Positions 30,493 to 40,746 of a stretch of DNA of 64,000 bases are shown in pieces. Under the pieces are notes generated by a model, which ran no database searches, was not told the DNA's origin, and was given only the letters and a program-made list of their open reading frames with translations. Positions within the stretch are counted from its first letter, which is position 1, and the number at the start of each line of letters is the position of its first letter. Both the position numbers and the translations under genes were made by a program. The stretch is from Verrucomicrobiota bacterium. Its GTDB lineage: Bacteria; Verrucomicrobiota; Verrucomicrobiia; Opitutales; Cerasicoccaceae. Location: NCBI GenBank assembly GCA_039818205.1, contig JBCBUK010000006.1, positions 192,001 to 256,000 of the forward strand. The letters are read 5' to 3'.

Positions 30493-33400
30493 ATGCCTCG
30501 ACGTCTCCTCAAATGGTCCGCTTGCGCACTGGCGGTGCTTCTCTGCTTAGCCATCGTTGGTGTGCTTACGTTTCAGTTTTGGTTTCCGCTTCTGCTCCGG
30601 AAAGGAGGGGAAGCCCAAGGTGCCCGATTTGAGATCATTGAGTTCCGCGGAGGTAGTGTCATTGTTGGTCAGGTTGAGTGGGTCGATCCGAGTATGAGAG
30701 TCACGGTTGAACGTGTCGAGATACCGGGTCCATGGCACCTGATATCCCGCCGGTGGCTGGGGAATGAAGACGACGCGGTGGTGAATGTTGAAGGCGTCGA
30801 AGTCTATCCTCAAGTGTCGACCGAGAGCCCCGAACTGCCCGAGCCAAGTGTTTCTGCGAAACCGATCGAGCTATCGGCGAGTCTGCAGCAGGGCATGGAG
30901 GCATGGTCATTGGTGTTTGAATGGGTTGATCGCATCAACGTCGACTCTGCCCGCTATTGGCAGGGCAATGAGCCTTTGGTTGAGTTGCAGCAGCTTGAGG
31001 TGACTGTCGAGCAGGTCGAGATTACCGACCTCAATGTCTTGGAGGGCTGGAACGGCAATGTGCGAGTTCTCCGGGACGACGGGCCAAATTTTTCTTATCG
31101 AGTCAGCGTGCCGCAGCGTCAGTTGCAGGTTGAGGGGCAACTGAATAGCGGTGATCAATTGGCGACCGACGGCCAGATTCAGTTCTTTGGTAGTGTCGCT
31201 ACTTACCAAGTGAGTTGGCCCGATGCAGGCGTCGTTCCTAGCCAGGCTAGGCTCCTTGCGGACCAATTCACGATCCCTGAATCGCTGATTGAGTTTCCCG
31301 ATTATCAAAGTCCGGTATTGACCATCGATGCGGCGTGGAACGGCAATTCGGGAACGGTTCAGCTGCAAGCCGGTGCTGAACCTCAGGTTGGCCGAACACT
31401 ACCGGCCTTGGCGGCCGAGCTCAACGGAACGACGGATGGTCGCAAGATTTCGGTGGATCAGTTTTTCGCTGAGGCCTGGTCCAGCGAGATCCGACTGGAC
31501 GAGCCGTTGCGGATTGATCTCCAGGACTTGGGGGCAACTCCAGATGCCTTGCTCACGGCCAAGTTAAACTTAGATGAGCAACCGTTACTCCCTGTCACGG
31601 GTTTGTTGGATGGTGAGATTCGAGTTGAACAGAGCCCCGGCGATTATCCGACCGTTTATCTTTCACTGGATGCGCAGGCAGTCGCCTATGAGGACTTTGA
31701 GGTGCGTCGCTTTGATTTATCGGCGATTTTGGATTGGCCGCGTTTGCGTTTGGAGCGACTCGATATGAGCACGTTGACGATTCCGAGTCTGACGGCTGAA
31801 GCCGAGGTCGATCTTGGCGCGGAGTATATCGAGTCTGCCTCGATCAGTTTCGATCTAAACAACGAGTTCGTTCCGAAGTTGGAGCAGATCGTTGGTGATA
31901 TCGAGGCAGGTTTCACCCGTGCTTCCATTGATTTAGAACTGGAAGGCCCGCTGGCGCAGCCCGTTCATCGCGGATCGCTTTCGGCGAAGGGCGTGCACGG
32001 CCCCCGCAGTATTCCGGCGGATATCGACATCCGTTGGGATGCCGATTGGCTTGCCTTCAAATCGTTCGATCTGGCGCTGCAAAATGATAATGCCCGCCTC
32101 GCAGCGGCGGGAGCCGCCCAGCTTGAGGGACCCTTGCGTGAGGTCACGATTCGTGAAGCTTCTATCGATATCGAGAAGCATCCCGATCTGGTTTTGCAAA
32201 AGCCATTTACCGTCGAAGTCGATGAAGCCTTGCGATTGACGTGGACGCCAATGAGTTTTCGCTCGGATGCAGAAGGGCAGCTCGAAATTGAAGCCGATAT
32301 TGACTACCCCAGACGGGGCCAAGTGCGCGTAATCGCCAACGACATTTCTCCGCAATGGCTCGACTTGGTCTTGAACGATCCCTTGCCGATGGATCTGAAA
32401 CTAGACACTTTTGAGTTGGAGGCCCAGTGGGATGACGGTCCCCTGCAGGCAGAGATCGATATCGACATCGCCGCCTTCCCGCCAGATCAGCCACCAGTGG
32501 ATATCCTTGGTCAGATGAAGACGCAATCGGGTCGCTTGACGATTGATGGACTCAGCGTTACCCAAGCCGGAGTGACTTTGCTGAAGGCCGAAGGCTTTGT
32601 GCCGGTCGAGGTCGTTCCCAACGCGGAGTCGATATTGAAGTTCTATCGGAACGAGCCGGTAAGTTTTGATCTGCTCGCGAAGCCGGCTGAGTCGGAAGCA
32701 TGGGATGACCTCGAAGAGATCCTGGGACTCGACGTTGTGGTCCCGGCGATTGATTTTGCGATCACGGGTCGCTTGGAGGACCCCGATGGAAAGCTGGATC
32801 TCCAATTCGATCAATTGATCCCAATCGGGCAGGATACCGACGAAGCCTTGCCTGACATTTCCGACGGACACCTCGTGGTTGAGTTCGACATCGATGACGT
32901 GGAACTTTCTCTTGGAGAGGTTTCGCTAGCTGGAAACGTCATACAGTTTAGCGGGCGATTGCCCATGGGAGAAGATGCTTGGATGGCACTCATTGAGAAT
33001 CAAACAATCCCCGACTGGGAAGGCGGTGAAGGCAAGATCGATGTCAACAGTGTTAGTTTGAAGGATCTCGCCTATTGGCTGCCCGAGATCTTGCGCGACG
33101 ATGGCCGCTTGTCTCTCAACGCGACGCTTGCACCCGGTAAACAGATCGCGGGTACCTTGGACATCGAAGACGTGCAGACGCGTCCGATCGCGCAGTTGGG
33201 TTCCGTGAGTAGCGTCAATGCACGCTTGCGACTGGACAACCACATGCTGTTAGTTGAGCAAGCAGGAGCCGAGGTCGGTGGCTCGCCGCTCGCGATTTCT
33301 GGTACGGTTGAACTCACCGAGGATTGGCAACCGCGGTACAACCTCAAGTTGAAAGGCGATACGGTGCCGCTGGTTCGCTCGCCTGGGCTTATACTGCGTG

Positions 33401-34218
33401 CCTCACCGGACATTCAGCTGACCACCGATAGCGAAGGCATCACCACGGTCGGGGGAACGGTCCAACTGAATGAGAGCTTTTTCACAATGGACATCACCAG
33501 CATTGGCGTGGGCGGTGGTTCCGGTGGGGCCGCTGCATCGCCAGCTGCGCCACCGTTCTTTTCCATCTCGGAGGAACCTTTGGCGGATTGGCGTTTGCGT
33601 CTGAATATCGTGGGGGATCGTTTTTTGCGAATCGGTGTTCCGGCTTTCGAGGGCATCGCATCAGCTCGGTTTGACCTGCGCGGGTCCCTCAAAAATCCAC
33701 TGATCTTTGGCCAATCAGAGTTGGAGCAAGGTGTCGTGCTATTCCCGTTTGCTACCTTCCGACTTGAGCAAGGGCAGATTACCATTAGTCAGAATGAGCC
33801 TGAGACGGTGAACCTTGATATCCTCGCAGGTGGCAGGGCCTATGGCTATGATATTCAAATGCGAGTCGGGGGAACACATGTGAACCCAACGGTGACCTTC
33901 GACTCCACCCCGAGCCTCGAGCAGTCGGATATCCTGTTGATGATTACCTCCGGCGAAATACCGGGCCACGCGCGATCCACGGGCAGTCGCTTGTCGGGAA
34001 TCGGTATCTATGTGGCCAATAGCTTTATGGCCGATCTTGGGATCGTTGACCCCTTGGATGAAACGCTCACGGTCAACGTGGGTGAGGATGTCACGACCTC
34101 GGGTAAGGACACCATCAACGTCCGCTTTCAAGTCACCGATCGCCTGGCGCTTGTTGGCGCCTATGATAAATACGATGCGTACTATTTGGATTTAGAATGG
34201 CGAATCTTCAGCGATTAA
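30493..34218 (+). CDS. tamB: Translocation/assembly module TamB-like protein
   Basis: N-terminal TM anchor, a long beta-rich body and a DUF490-like C-terminus (FDSTPSLEQSDILLMITSG). Overlaps the Omp85 gene. Start uncertain (30445, 30469 or 30493). Confidence 0.8.
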   Translation: MPRRLLKWSACALAVLLCLAIVGVLTFQFWFPLLLRKGGEAQGARFEIIEFRGGSVIVGQVEWVDPSMRVTVERVEIPGPWHLISRRWLGNEDDAVVNVEGVEVYPQVSTESPELPEPSVSAKPIELSASLQQGMEAWSLVFEWVDRINVDSARYWQGNEPLVELQQLEVTVEQVEITDLNVLEGWNGNVRVLRDDGPNFSYRVSVPQRQLQVEGQLNSGDQLATDGQIQFFGSVATYQVSWPDAGVVPSQARLLADQFTIPESLIEFPDYQSPVLTIDAAWNGNSGTVQLQAGAEPQVGRTLPALAAELNGTTDGRKISVDQFFAEAWSSEIRLDEPLRIDLQDLGATPDALLTAKLNLDEQPLLPVTGLLDGEIRVEQSPGDYPTVYLSLDAQAVAYEDFEVRRFDLSAILDWPRLRLERLDMSTLTIPSLTAEAEVDLGAEYIESASISFDLNNEFVPKLEQIVGDIEAGFTRASIDLELEGPLAQPVHRGSLSAKGVHGPRSIPADIDIRWDADWLAFKSFDLALQNDNARLAAAGAAQLEGPLREVTIREASIDIEKHPDLVLQKPFTVEVDEALRLTWTPMSFRSDAEGQLEIEADIDYPRRGQVRVIANDISPQWLDLVLNDPLPMDLKLDTFELEAQWDDGPLQAEIDIDIAAFPPDQPPVDILGQMKTQSGRLTIDGLSVTQAGVTLLKAEGFVPVEVVPNAESILKFYRNEPVSFDLLAKPAESEAWDDLEEILGLDVVVPAIDFAITGRLEDPDGKLDLQFDQLIPIGQDTDEALPDISDGHLVVEFDIDDVELSLGEVSLAGNVIQFSGRLPMGEDAWMALIENQTIPDWEGGEGKIDVNSVSLKDLAYWLPEILRDDGRLSLNATLAPGKQIAGTLDIEDVQTRPIAQLGSVSSVNARLRLDNHMLLVEQAGAEVGGSPLAISGTVELTEDWQPRYNLKLKGDTVPLVRSPGLILRASPDIQLTTDSEGITTVGGTVQLNESFFTMDITSIGVGGGSGGAAASPAAPPFFSISEEPLADWRLRLNIVGDRFLRIGVPAFEGIASARFDLRGSLKNPLIFGQSELEQGVVLFPFATFRLEQGQITISQNEPETVNLDILAGGRAYGYDIQMRVGGTHVNPTVTFDSTPSLEQSDILLMITSGEIPGHARSTGSRLSGIGIYVANSFMADLGIVDPLDETLTVNVGEDVTTSGKDTINVRFQVTDRLALVGAYDKYDAYYLDLEWRIFSD

Positions 34219-36407
34219 CTCGAGCGGCTTTGTTGCTAGCTGTTTGTTTCGCGCCGAGTTGGGCGTGGGCGGGTGCGCTGTTTGGGCTCATCGGAAATCC
34301 GAACGTGCAGGTATCGGGCTTCGGTTGGTTTTCTGATCTATATTTGGAGCGTGAGCTGGAGATCTTAGAGCCCGATGGTGAGCCGCGGACGAGCTTTGAT
34401 GGCGTCTATTTGGAAGATGCGGTATGGATTCTGGCCGGAAAAATTAAACAACAGGGTTACCTTGATCCGGAGATCACTGTCACGCTGTTAGTCGGACAGG
34501 ATGCTGTCTTTGAATCCGTTTGGAAAAATGGCGACCTGGAATCAAATCCTCAGAGATCAGTTGAAGGCGACCGAGTGCAGTTTCGAATCAATGCAGGTCG
34601 CCTCTATTTCTTCCATTCGATCGAGGTTGAAGGTTTGCCGGAAGAGATTCGGCAGCAGCCGCAAAGTTATTTCTATGCGACCAATCAACTAATCATTACT
34701 GAGGGGGATCGCTTCTTTACCGAAGGGCGCTTTGCGGGCGGCATCAACCGAATGCTTCAGCAACTGCGAGACCTTGGTTACCGCGAGGCTGAGGTAGCGG
34801 ACAAAGGGTTCGACATCGATGATGATTCGGGCGCCGTCGATGCTTGGGTGACGATTGATCCCGGGCCAATCTACTATACGAATTCTCTCATCATTAGAAT
34901 CCATGAAGCGGAAAGCGACGGAGACCACACGATTGATCCACTCGCCCAAACCTCATCGGGATACATCGACCGCTACGATCCTGAATTGGCCAAAGAGAAG
35001 TCCTCGGTTGTTAATGAATCCGTTAATGATTTTCCCGAGAAACGCGTTCAACCAGGGTGGGTTGGCCAGGCAACTCAGCTGCTTCGTCGCGAGTACTTCG
35101 CCAAGGGTTACCCGGAAGTTTTTATTGATGCCGATTTTCGCGTCGATGAAGAATCTGATACCCGCATTGCTGGGCCGTTGATATTGAATGTCTATCCGGG
35201 AGCCAGTGCAACCTTGCGCGGTGTGCGCTTTGAGGGGGACGACGGAGTCGCACAGTGGTTACTCAACCAGCAAGCAAATCTAGAGACGGGAGAGCCGCTG
35301 AACCGAACTGATGTTGAAGAAGGACGAAGCCGATTGAGCCGCCTCGGCGTTTTTCGTCGTATTCAGATTCAATACGAAGAGGTGGCGCCTGGAGAGTGGG
35401 ATGTAATTTACGAGCTAACCCCCAAGGGGACGACCGAGATCGATTTGATCTTCGGCGTTGGCAGCTTTGACATTGTGCGTGGAGGTGCTGAGCTAAAGAG
35501 AAATAACCTCTGGGGTGTTGCTCATCGGGCTCGACTTCGCGGTGTGCAATCGTTGCGTGCAACCTACGTTGACTTTGAATACTTTGTGCCGCAAATCTTT
35601 GGTGAAAACATTGACGCCTTTGCCCGCCTTAATTTTTTGCGTCGTGAAGAGATTTCGTTCCTGCGCCAAGAGTGGGGCGGAAGCGCCGGATTTGCTCATT
35701 TCTTTAAAGACATCAACGTGGGTGCATCGGTTGCCTACACGCTGGATAGTGTACGGGCGAGGGACCGTGAGTTTGTGGTACCACCTGGTCCGCTCGAGGC
35801 GCGCATTGGTAGCCTTGGTTTCAAGCTGCTTCAAAACGAACTTGATAACCCCGTTTTCCCAACCGATGGATATCACTGGTTCCTAACGGGCGAGTTCGCC
35901 CGTCCGGTCTTTGGTGGCGACGTTGACTACAACAGTTTTGACCTTGGTGGAGCATGGCATCATCCCGTAGGCGATCTCGGGCTGACCTTTCACCTGGGCT
36001 TTCGCCATGGCGTTATTTTTACCAGTGGTGAAGCCTCTGAAGAGATCCCCGTGAATCGACGTTTCTTCTTGGGTGGCGAAAATACGGTGCGCGGCTATCG
36101 GCGAGATCAGGCAGCTCCGCTGAACGAGTTTGGACAGCAGATTGGGGCCGTAAGTTTTATGTTGCTGCAAGGTGAGCTTGAGCAACGGCTCAACGATACA
36201 TTTTCTGTGGTCGCGTTCGTCGATTCTGTGGGCAATGCCGCCGAGATCCAGGACTATCCCTTCAACGAAGTGCTTGTTAGCGTTGGCGCTGGTATCCGGA
36301 TACGGACGATCGTTGGTCCACTTCGCCTGGAGTATGGATACAACGTTAAGAAGCGTGAATCGGATCCCGATGGGAACTTTCAAGTGGGGCTCGGGTTTCC
36401 GTTCTAG
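34197..36407 (+). CDS. Omp85 (TamA/BamA) family outer-membrane protein
   Basis: POTRA-like N-terminal region, RFFLGGENTVRGY, GIRIRTIVGPLRLEYG, C-terminal GFPF. Confidence 0.92.
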   Translation: MANLQRLTRAALLLAVCFAPSWAWAGALFGLIGNPNVQVSGFGWFSDLYLERELEILEPDGEPRTSFDGVYLEDAVWILAGKIKQQGYLDPEITVTLLVGQDAVFESVWKNGDLESNPQRSVEGDRVQFRINAGRLYFFHSIEVEGLPEEIRQQPQSYFYATNQLIITEGDRFFTEGRFAGGINRMLQQLRDLGYREAEVADKGFDIDDDSGAVDAWVTIDPGPIYYTNSLIIRIHEAESDGDHTIDPLAQTSSGYIDRYDPELAKEKSSVVNESVNDFPEKRVQPGWVGQATQLLRREYFAKGYPEVFIDADFRVDEESDTRIAGPLILNVYPGASATLRGVRFEGDDGVAQWLLNQQANLETGEPLNRTDVEEGRSRLSRLGVFRRIQIQYEEVAPGEWDVIYELTPKGTTEIDLIFGVGSFDIVRGGAELKRNNLWGVAHRARLRGVQSLRATYVDFEYFVPQIFGENIDAFARLNFLRREEISFLRQEWGGSAGFAHFFKDINVGASVAYTLDSVRARDREFVVPPGPLEARIGSLGFKLLQNELDNPVFPTDGYHWFLTGEFARPVFGGDVDYNSFDLGGAWHHPVGDLGLTFHLGFRHGVIFTSGEASEEIPVNRRFFLGGENTVRGYRRDQAAPLNEFGQQIGAVSFMLLQGELEQRLNDTFSVVAFVDSVGNAAEIQDYPFNEVLVSVGAGIRIRTIVGPLRLEYGYNVKKRESDPDGNFQVGLGFPF

Positions 36408-36416
36408 AATGCAACC

Positions 36417-37103
36417 ATGATGGAGAAAATTGTTCTATTTAGCGGTGCGGGAATCAGTGCGGAAAGCGGTCTGAAGACCTTTCGGGATCCCGATGGGTTG
36501 TGGAAGCGATACTCTCTTGAGGACCTTGCGACTCCCGGTGCGTGGAGCAGGAACCCTTCGTTGGTCTTGGAGTTTTATAATGCCCGACGTCGTCAGCTCG
36601 GTGAGGTCGAGCCTAATGCCGCTCATCGGGCAGTTGCGGAATTGGAAGAACAGTTTGCGGTGACGGTGGTGACTCAAAACGTAGACGATCTCCACGAGCG
36701 TGCCGGATCAACGAACGTCGTTCACCTACATGGTCAGTTGAACCAGGCCCGAAGCACAATGGATTCCGATCTGATCCTCGATCTTGGTTTCCGGGATATC
36801 GTGCTGGGTGATCTTTGTCCGAAGGGTTCGCAGCTACGCCCCAATATCGTTTGGTTCGGCGAGAACGTGAATAACTTGGAAGTCGCGGCCGCGGCCATTG
36901 AGGCTGCCGATAAAGTGTTGGTCGTAGGTACCTCGCTCAGCGTTTATCCGGCAGCAGGCTTGATTCACCACGCAAGTGCGCAGGCGGAGAAGGTCATGGT
37001 ATCAATGGATCTCGACAGCGAGCCGCAGCGATTCACCTGGCTTCAAGGTAAAGCCGCCGAGCTTGTGCCCGCCGTTGTTGAAACCTGGCTAAGTGGTGGT
37101 TGA
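36417..37103 (+). CDS. cobB: Sir2 family NAD-dependent deacylase
   Basis: GAGISAESGLKTFR, FYNARR, TQNVDDLHERAG, HLHG, RPNIVWFGE, VGTSLSVYPAA. Confidence 0.93.
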   Translation: MMEKIVLFSGAGISAESGLKTFRDPDGLWKRYSLEDLATPGAWSRNPSLVLEFYNARRRQLGEVEPNAAHRAVAELEEQFAVTVVTQNVDDLHERAGSTNVVHLHGQLNQARSTMDSDLILDLGFRDIVLGDLCPKGSQLRPNIVWFGENVNNLEVAAAAIEAADKVLVVGTSLSVYPAAGLIHHASAQAEKVMVSMDLDSEPQRFTWLQGKAAELVPAVVETWLSGG

Positions 37104-37117
37104 GTATCCACGGAAGA

Positions 37118-38614
37118 CTAGTGAGGCGTATCGGGACCCCAGTCGCCTGGGAGTCGGCCCGACGGTTCGCTACCGCCTGGGAGGTCGTCAGGCAGATTCG
37201 GTCCACTGCCTTTGGATCCACCTCCGTGCCCGCGGCCTTCGTTGTCGTCCCAACGGTCCTGGTAGTCGACTTGGGCCATCTGGCTTGCGACATTGCCTTC
37301 GAGGTAAAGCGTGCGGGTAGGAAAGGCGACCGTTAAACCGCGCTCTCGAATCGCCCGCATGATTTTGCAATTGATCCGCTGCCGCACATCCATGTGTTCG
37401 AGCCACTTGGTCGAACGAGTAAAATAGTAGACCAGAATGTCCAACGAACTCCCACCAAAGTCGGTAAAGTTAACCAGGATAAATTCCTGATTCACGCCTT
37501 CATCATTTTGCAACAGGTTGCGAAAGTCTTCCACGAGTGCTTCCATGTCCTCGGGCGTGGCTTCGTAAGTAATACCGATGACCTGTTTGACTCGACGCTT
37601 CGGCATCCGGGTCCAGTTGTTGATGTACTCGTTGGCCAAAACGCCATTGGGAATCGAGATCACGGTTTTCGGCCAGGTGCGGACCTTGGTCGAACGCAAT
37701 CCAATAGCCTCGACATCGCCGTCTACCTTGTCGCCAACCATAATCCAGTCACCGACCTTAAACGGGCGATCCAACATGATCATGAAGGTGCCGAACAAGT
37801 TCTTGATCGTATCTTGCGAGGCAAATGCAATGGCAGCTCCACCCAAGCCCAGCGTCGCGAGAATACCGCTAACGTTGTATCCCAGGTTATCAACCACCAA
37901 GAGAAGACCGACGATCACAATGAATATTTTTAGCGACTTGTTGATCGTCGGAATGAATCCGTGAAGTGACGATGTTTGCCGCTCCAGGCGATCGCCAATA
38001 ATGCAGGTCAGGACATCAGTTGCCCGAATCATCGCCCAGACGATGATCAACATTGAGCCGCCACGAAACAGATCCTGAATGATCTCGTTAGCCAGTGGTC
38101 TCAGAGGTAGAACCAACAGCGAAAGGTATATCCCGAGGACTAAAAGGAACAATGACGCTGGCTTTTGCAGAGCTTCGAAAAATTGATCATCATGCTCGAA
38201 GGCAGTCTTCTTCGTCAGACTTTGAATCCGGCTGAATAAGACGCGTGTGACGATATTTCGCAGCGTCATCGCAAATAGCAGGATCAGAAAGCTCAGTACT
38301 AATTCGCCAATTCGAAAATTACCGATTCGCGTATTGAGATACCGCATGATCTCGGTTCGGTGGCCAGTGGCATCAACTGCCTCACTGGCGATCTGCTTGA
38401 TCGAGTCGCCGAGGTTCTTTTGAACGACGTCCGTTTCCTCATCGATCAATATTGTTGCTTCTTCGATCGTGGTCGATTTCTGAAACGTCTCGTCATTGTT
38501 CTCCGGGGCGTTTGGGGCGGGGCTTGGAGCAGGGCTCTCCTGCGCGGGGGCAACGACAGAGAACCAGGCGATCGCGGTGGCAACCAAAAGCACGAAACTA
38601 AATAGCTTACGCAT
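37118..38614 (-). CDS. MscS family mechanosensitive channel
   Basis: LATLGLGGAAIAFASQD, DRPFKVGDWI, IGLRSTKVRT, IPNG, AFPTRTL. Confidence 0.93.
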   Translation of the reverse strand: MRKLFSFVLLVATAIAWFSVVAPAQESPAPSPAPNAPENNDETFQKSTTIEEATILIDEETDVVQKNLGDSIKQIASEAVDATGHRTEIMRYLNTRIGNFRIGELVLSFLILLFAMTLRNIVTRVLFSRIQSLTKKTAFEHDDQFFEALQKPASLFLLVLGIYLSLLVLPLRPLANEIIQDLFRGGSMLIIVWAMIRATDVLTCIIGDRLERQTSSLHGFIPTINKSLKIFIVIVGLLLVVDNLGYNVSGILATLGLGGAAIAFASQDTIKNLFGTFMIMLDRPFKVGDWIMVGDKVDGDVEAIGLRSTKVRTWPKTVISIPNGVLANEYINNWTRMPKRRVKQVIGITYEATPEDMEALVEDFRNLLQNDEGVNQEFILVNFTDFGGSSLDILVYYFTRSTKWLEHMDVRQRINCKIMRAIRERGLTVAFPTRTLYLEGNVASQMAQVDYQDRWDDNEGRGHGGGSKGSGPNLPDDLPGGSEPSGRLPGDWGPDTPH

Positions 38615-38721
38615 AGATGCTTGCTAACAGAACCTGGGCCGGTGGATCAAGCCCGGCTTGCGAGATTTTTGAACCAACCGCGCGCGTATGACCGAGATGC
38701 GGTGCTGCAATGGGGCAAGAA

Positions 38722-38748
38722 GAAACCCCGGTGTGCCACCGGGGTTTC
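38722..38748 (-). terminator. Intrinsic terminator downstream of the EF-hand gene
   Basis: GAAACCCCGGTG(tgc)CACCGGGGTTTC, 12-bp perfect stem. On the minus strand the stem ends in TTTC and runs into TTCTT. Confidence 0.8.
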
Positions 38749-38794
38749 CCTATTTATCTGTGTACTTGCTTTTTATTGACCCTGCTTATCAAAA

Positions 38795-39277
38795 CTAGTT
38801 GCCGGGAGCGGGCGGAGCGATGTCGTCGGAGTTCGAGGAATATTCGCTACTACGAGGAGGCCCTTGACGACCTTCACCACCGCCCTTGCCAGCGCCATTC
38901 TTGTTCATGTGGCGTTGCATGACACGGCGAGCCTTGCGACGTTCTTCCTGGTCGAGCTCACCGTTTCCATCGGCGTCAAAGCGCTCAAGCATCTTTTCCT
39001 TCCGCTCGGCTTGAAAGGCCTCGGCTTCGGCACGTTCCGTATCCGAGAGAACGCCGTCTCCATCGGAATCGAAGCGGTTGATTGCCATGCGCTCGAAGCG
39101 AGCTTCTTGGGCGGCTTGGCGTTCGGATTCATCCAGCTCTCCGTTTCCGTCGAGGTCAAATTCTTCCAGCAAGCGCTCTTGGCGCTCCTGGCCGCCTTGG
39201 CGTTCTTTTCCAGGACCGGCAAATGAGGCGCTGCTAGCAACGAGTAGGCTGAGGCATATTACAGTGAATGTTTTCAT
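38795..39277 (-). CDS. Secreted EF-hand calcium-binding protein
   Basis: Signal peptide and three loops: DLDGNGELDESE, DSDGDGVLSDTE, DADGNGELDQEE. Confidence 0.85.
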   Translation of the reverse strand: MKTFTVICLSLLVASSASFAGPGKERQGGQERQERLLEEFDLDGNGELDESERQAAQEARFERMAINRFDSDGDGVLSDTERAEAEAFQAERKEKMLERFDADGNGELDQEERRKARRVMQRHMNKNGAGKGGGEGRQGPPRSSEYSSNSDDIAPPAPGN

Positions 39278-39416
39278 AAAGATCGTGAGTTGATTTTAGC
39301 TTTTCTGTTGTGCGTGGTTGATTGAGGTAACCGCACGGATTTCGAAAAGTTGCTAAAAAAAATGGTTTCAGACAGGGATTGAAGTGCTGGCCTGGTCAGT
39401 ATTGTATGGGGTCCTA

Positions 39417-39821
39417 ATGTTTGAGGTCACATTCAGCGATCAAAGCATGGCGATGCTCAATCGTCTCGATATCACGGTCCAAATGCCGATTATCGAGCGG
39501 TTTAGCAGCCTAACCCGCCAGGACTTGAAATCTGGCGGGGATGAGCTTGGGCATTTTGACCGGGGCCGTAAAACCTACTACCGCCTGCGCGCGGGCGACT
39601 TTCGGATTTATTTTGAAATTGTTGATGAAAATCGTCTGCTGAGTCACTACATCCTGCATAAGCACACAATGGCTGACTTTATCTTCCGATTTAAGTTACC
39701 CTATCGGGAAGAAACCTTGGTCGAGCAGCACCAGTCCTTCTGGCAATATGTTGAAAGTCTGGCTCGTCATTCCGGCAACGAGCGTTTTGATGATCCAGAG
39801 AATAAGCATGGAAACCCCTGA
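39417..39821 (+). CDS. RelE/ParE-fold protein without an adjacent antitoxin
   Basis: MFEVTFSDQS start and the RelE-like core YYRLRAGDFRIYF. Overlaps the pssA start by 14 nt. Confidence 0.65.
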   Translation: MFEVTFSDQSMAMLNRLDITVQMPIIERFSSLTRQDLKSGGDELGHFDRGRKTYYRLRAGDFRIYFEIVDENRLLSHYILHKHTMADFIFRFKLPYREETLVEQHQSFWQYVESLARHSGNERFDDPENKHGNP

Positions 39822-40746
39822 TAGATCGACGGAAGCTTCTGATTCGGCAATTGATAAACAATCCGCCGAATCAAGCCCTGAACAAAATGGTAACGGTGAT
39901 GCAGCCAACGGTACCACGCAGTCCGCCGTGCACCCATTGCCCTATCGTGATGTTGCCGAAGCTAGCCGCATTTATATACTTCCGAATCTATTTACTGCCG
40001 GAAACTTATTCTTCGGTTTTCTTGCGATTATCTGGTGTATCCGTGGGCGCTATGTGGCAGGCACCGAGCAAGAAGCAGCTGTCTTTTTTACGGAAGCTGT
40101 CTTCTTCATCCTCGGCGCCGGTGTTTGCGATCTGCTAGACGGCAGGGTCGCCCGATTGGGTGGTCGCGAGTCACTCTTTGGTAAGGAGTTCGATTCCATT
40201 GCCGATGTGGTGAGCTTTGGTCTCGCGCCAGCCCTGATGATGTTTTTCCTCATTTTGGCGCCGACCGATGAATGGCCATTTTTTCGCCAGATTGGCTGGT
40301 TGATTGGGTTTGTCTTTTTGCTCTGTGCGGGTGTGCGGCTTGCGCGTTTCAATGTTATTACGAATCCATTCATTCCAGGTATTGAAACCGGGAAGGACGC
40401 CCACGATTTTCAGGGGTTACCGGCACCAGCGGCAGCTGGTATGGTCGCTTCAATCGTGCTCGTATTAATCAATTTTGAGTTTCGCCGGGAATTCTATTTG
40501 GTCCTGCCGCCGTTGATGCTCACGATTGCCTGGATGATGGTGAGCTCGGTTCGCTACCCCAGCTTCAAGCACATCGATTGGCAAAGCCACCTGAGCATCC
40601 AGCACTTCACCGGGTTGATTGTTTTTGTGGCGGCACTGCTCATGTTCTGGCGGTTCTCCTTTGCCCTCCTTTTTATGGGCTATCTGTTCTATGGTTTGTT
40701 CCGGCATGTGAAGCGTAAAAAGCAATCCCCGGAAAATGCCCCCTGA
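39808..40746 (+). CDS. pssA: CDP-diacylglycerol--serine O-phosphatidyltransferase
   Basis: LPNLFTAGNL, DLLDGRVAR..G.EFDSIADVVSFG, RLARFN, FQGLPAP, YPSFK. Confidence 0.88.
   Translation: METPDRSTEASDSAIDKQSAESSPEQNGNGDAANGTTQSAVHPLPYRDVAEASRIYILPNLFTAGNLFFGFLAIIWCIRGRYVAGTEQEAAVFFTEAVFFILGAGVCDLLDGRVARLGGRESLFGKEFDSIADVVSFGLAPALMMFFLILAPTDEWPFFRQIGWLIGFVFLLCAGVRLARFNVITNPFIPGIETGKDAHDFQGLPAPAAAGMVASIVLVLINFEFRREFYLVLPPLMLTIAWMMVSSVRYPSFKHIDWQSHLSIQHFTGLIVFVAALLMFWRFSFALLFMGYLFYGLFRHVKRKKQSPENAP

Noticed and set aside
30493..36407. tamB preceding the Omp85 gene
   Set aside because: This order is the reverse of enterobacterial tamAB but is known in other diderm lineages.
36417..37103. Sir2 protein as an anti-phage (Thoeris/DSR-type) effector
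   Set aside because: Short canonical CobB with class III motifs and no defence partners.
38795..39277. Threefold internal repeat as a DNA repeat array
   Set aside because: Explained by three EF-hand loops in a protein.
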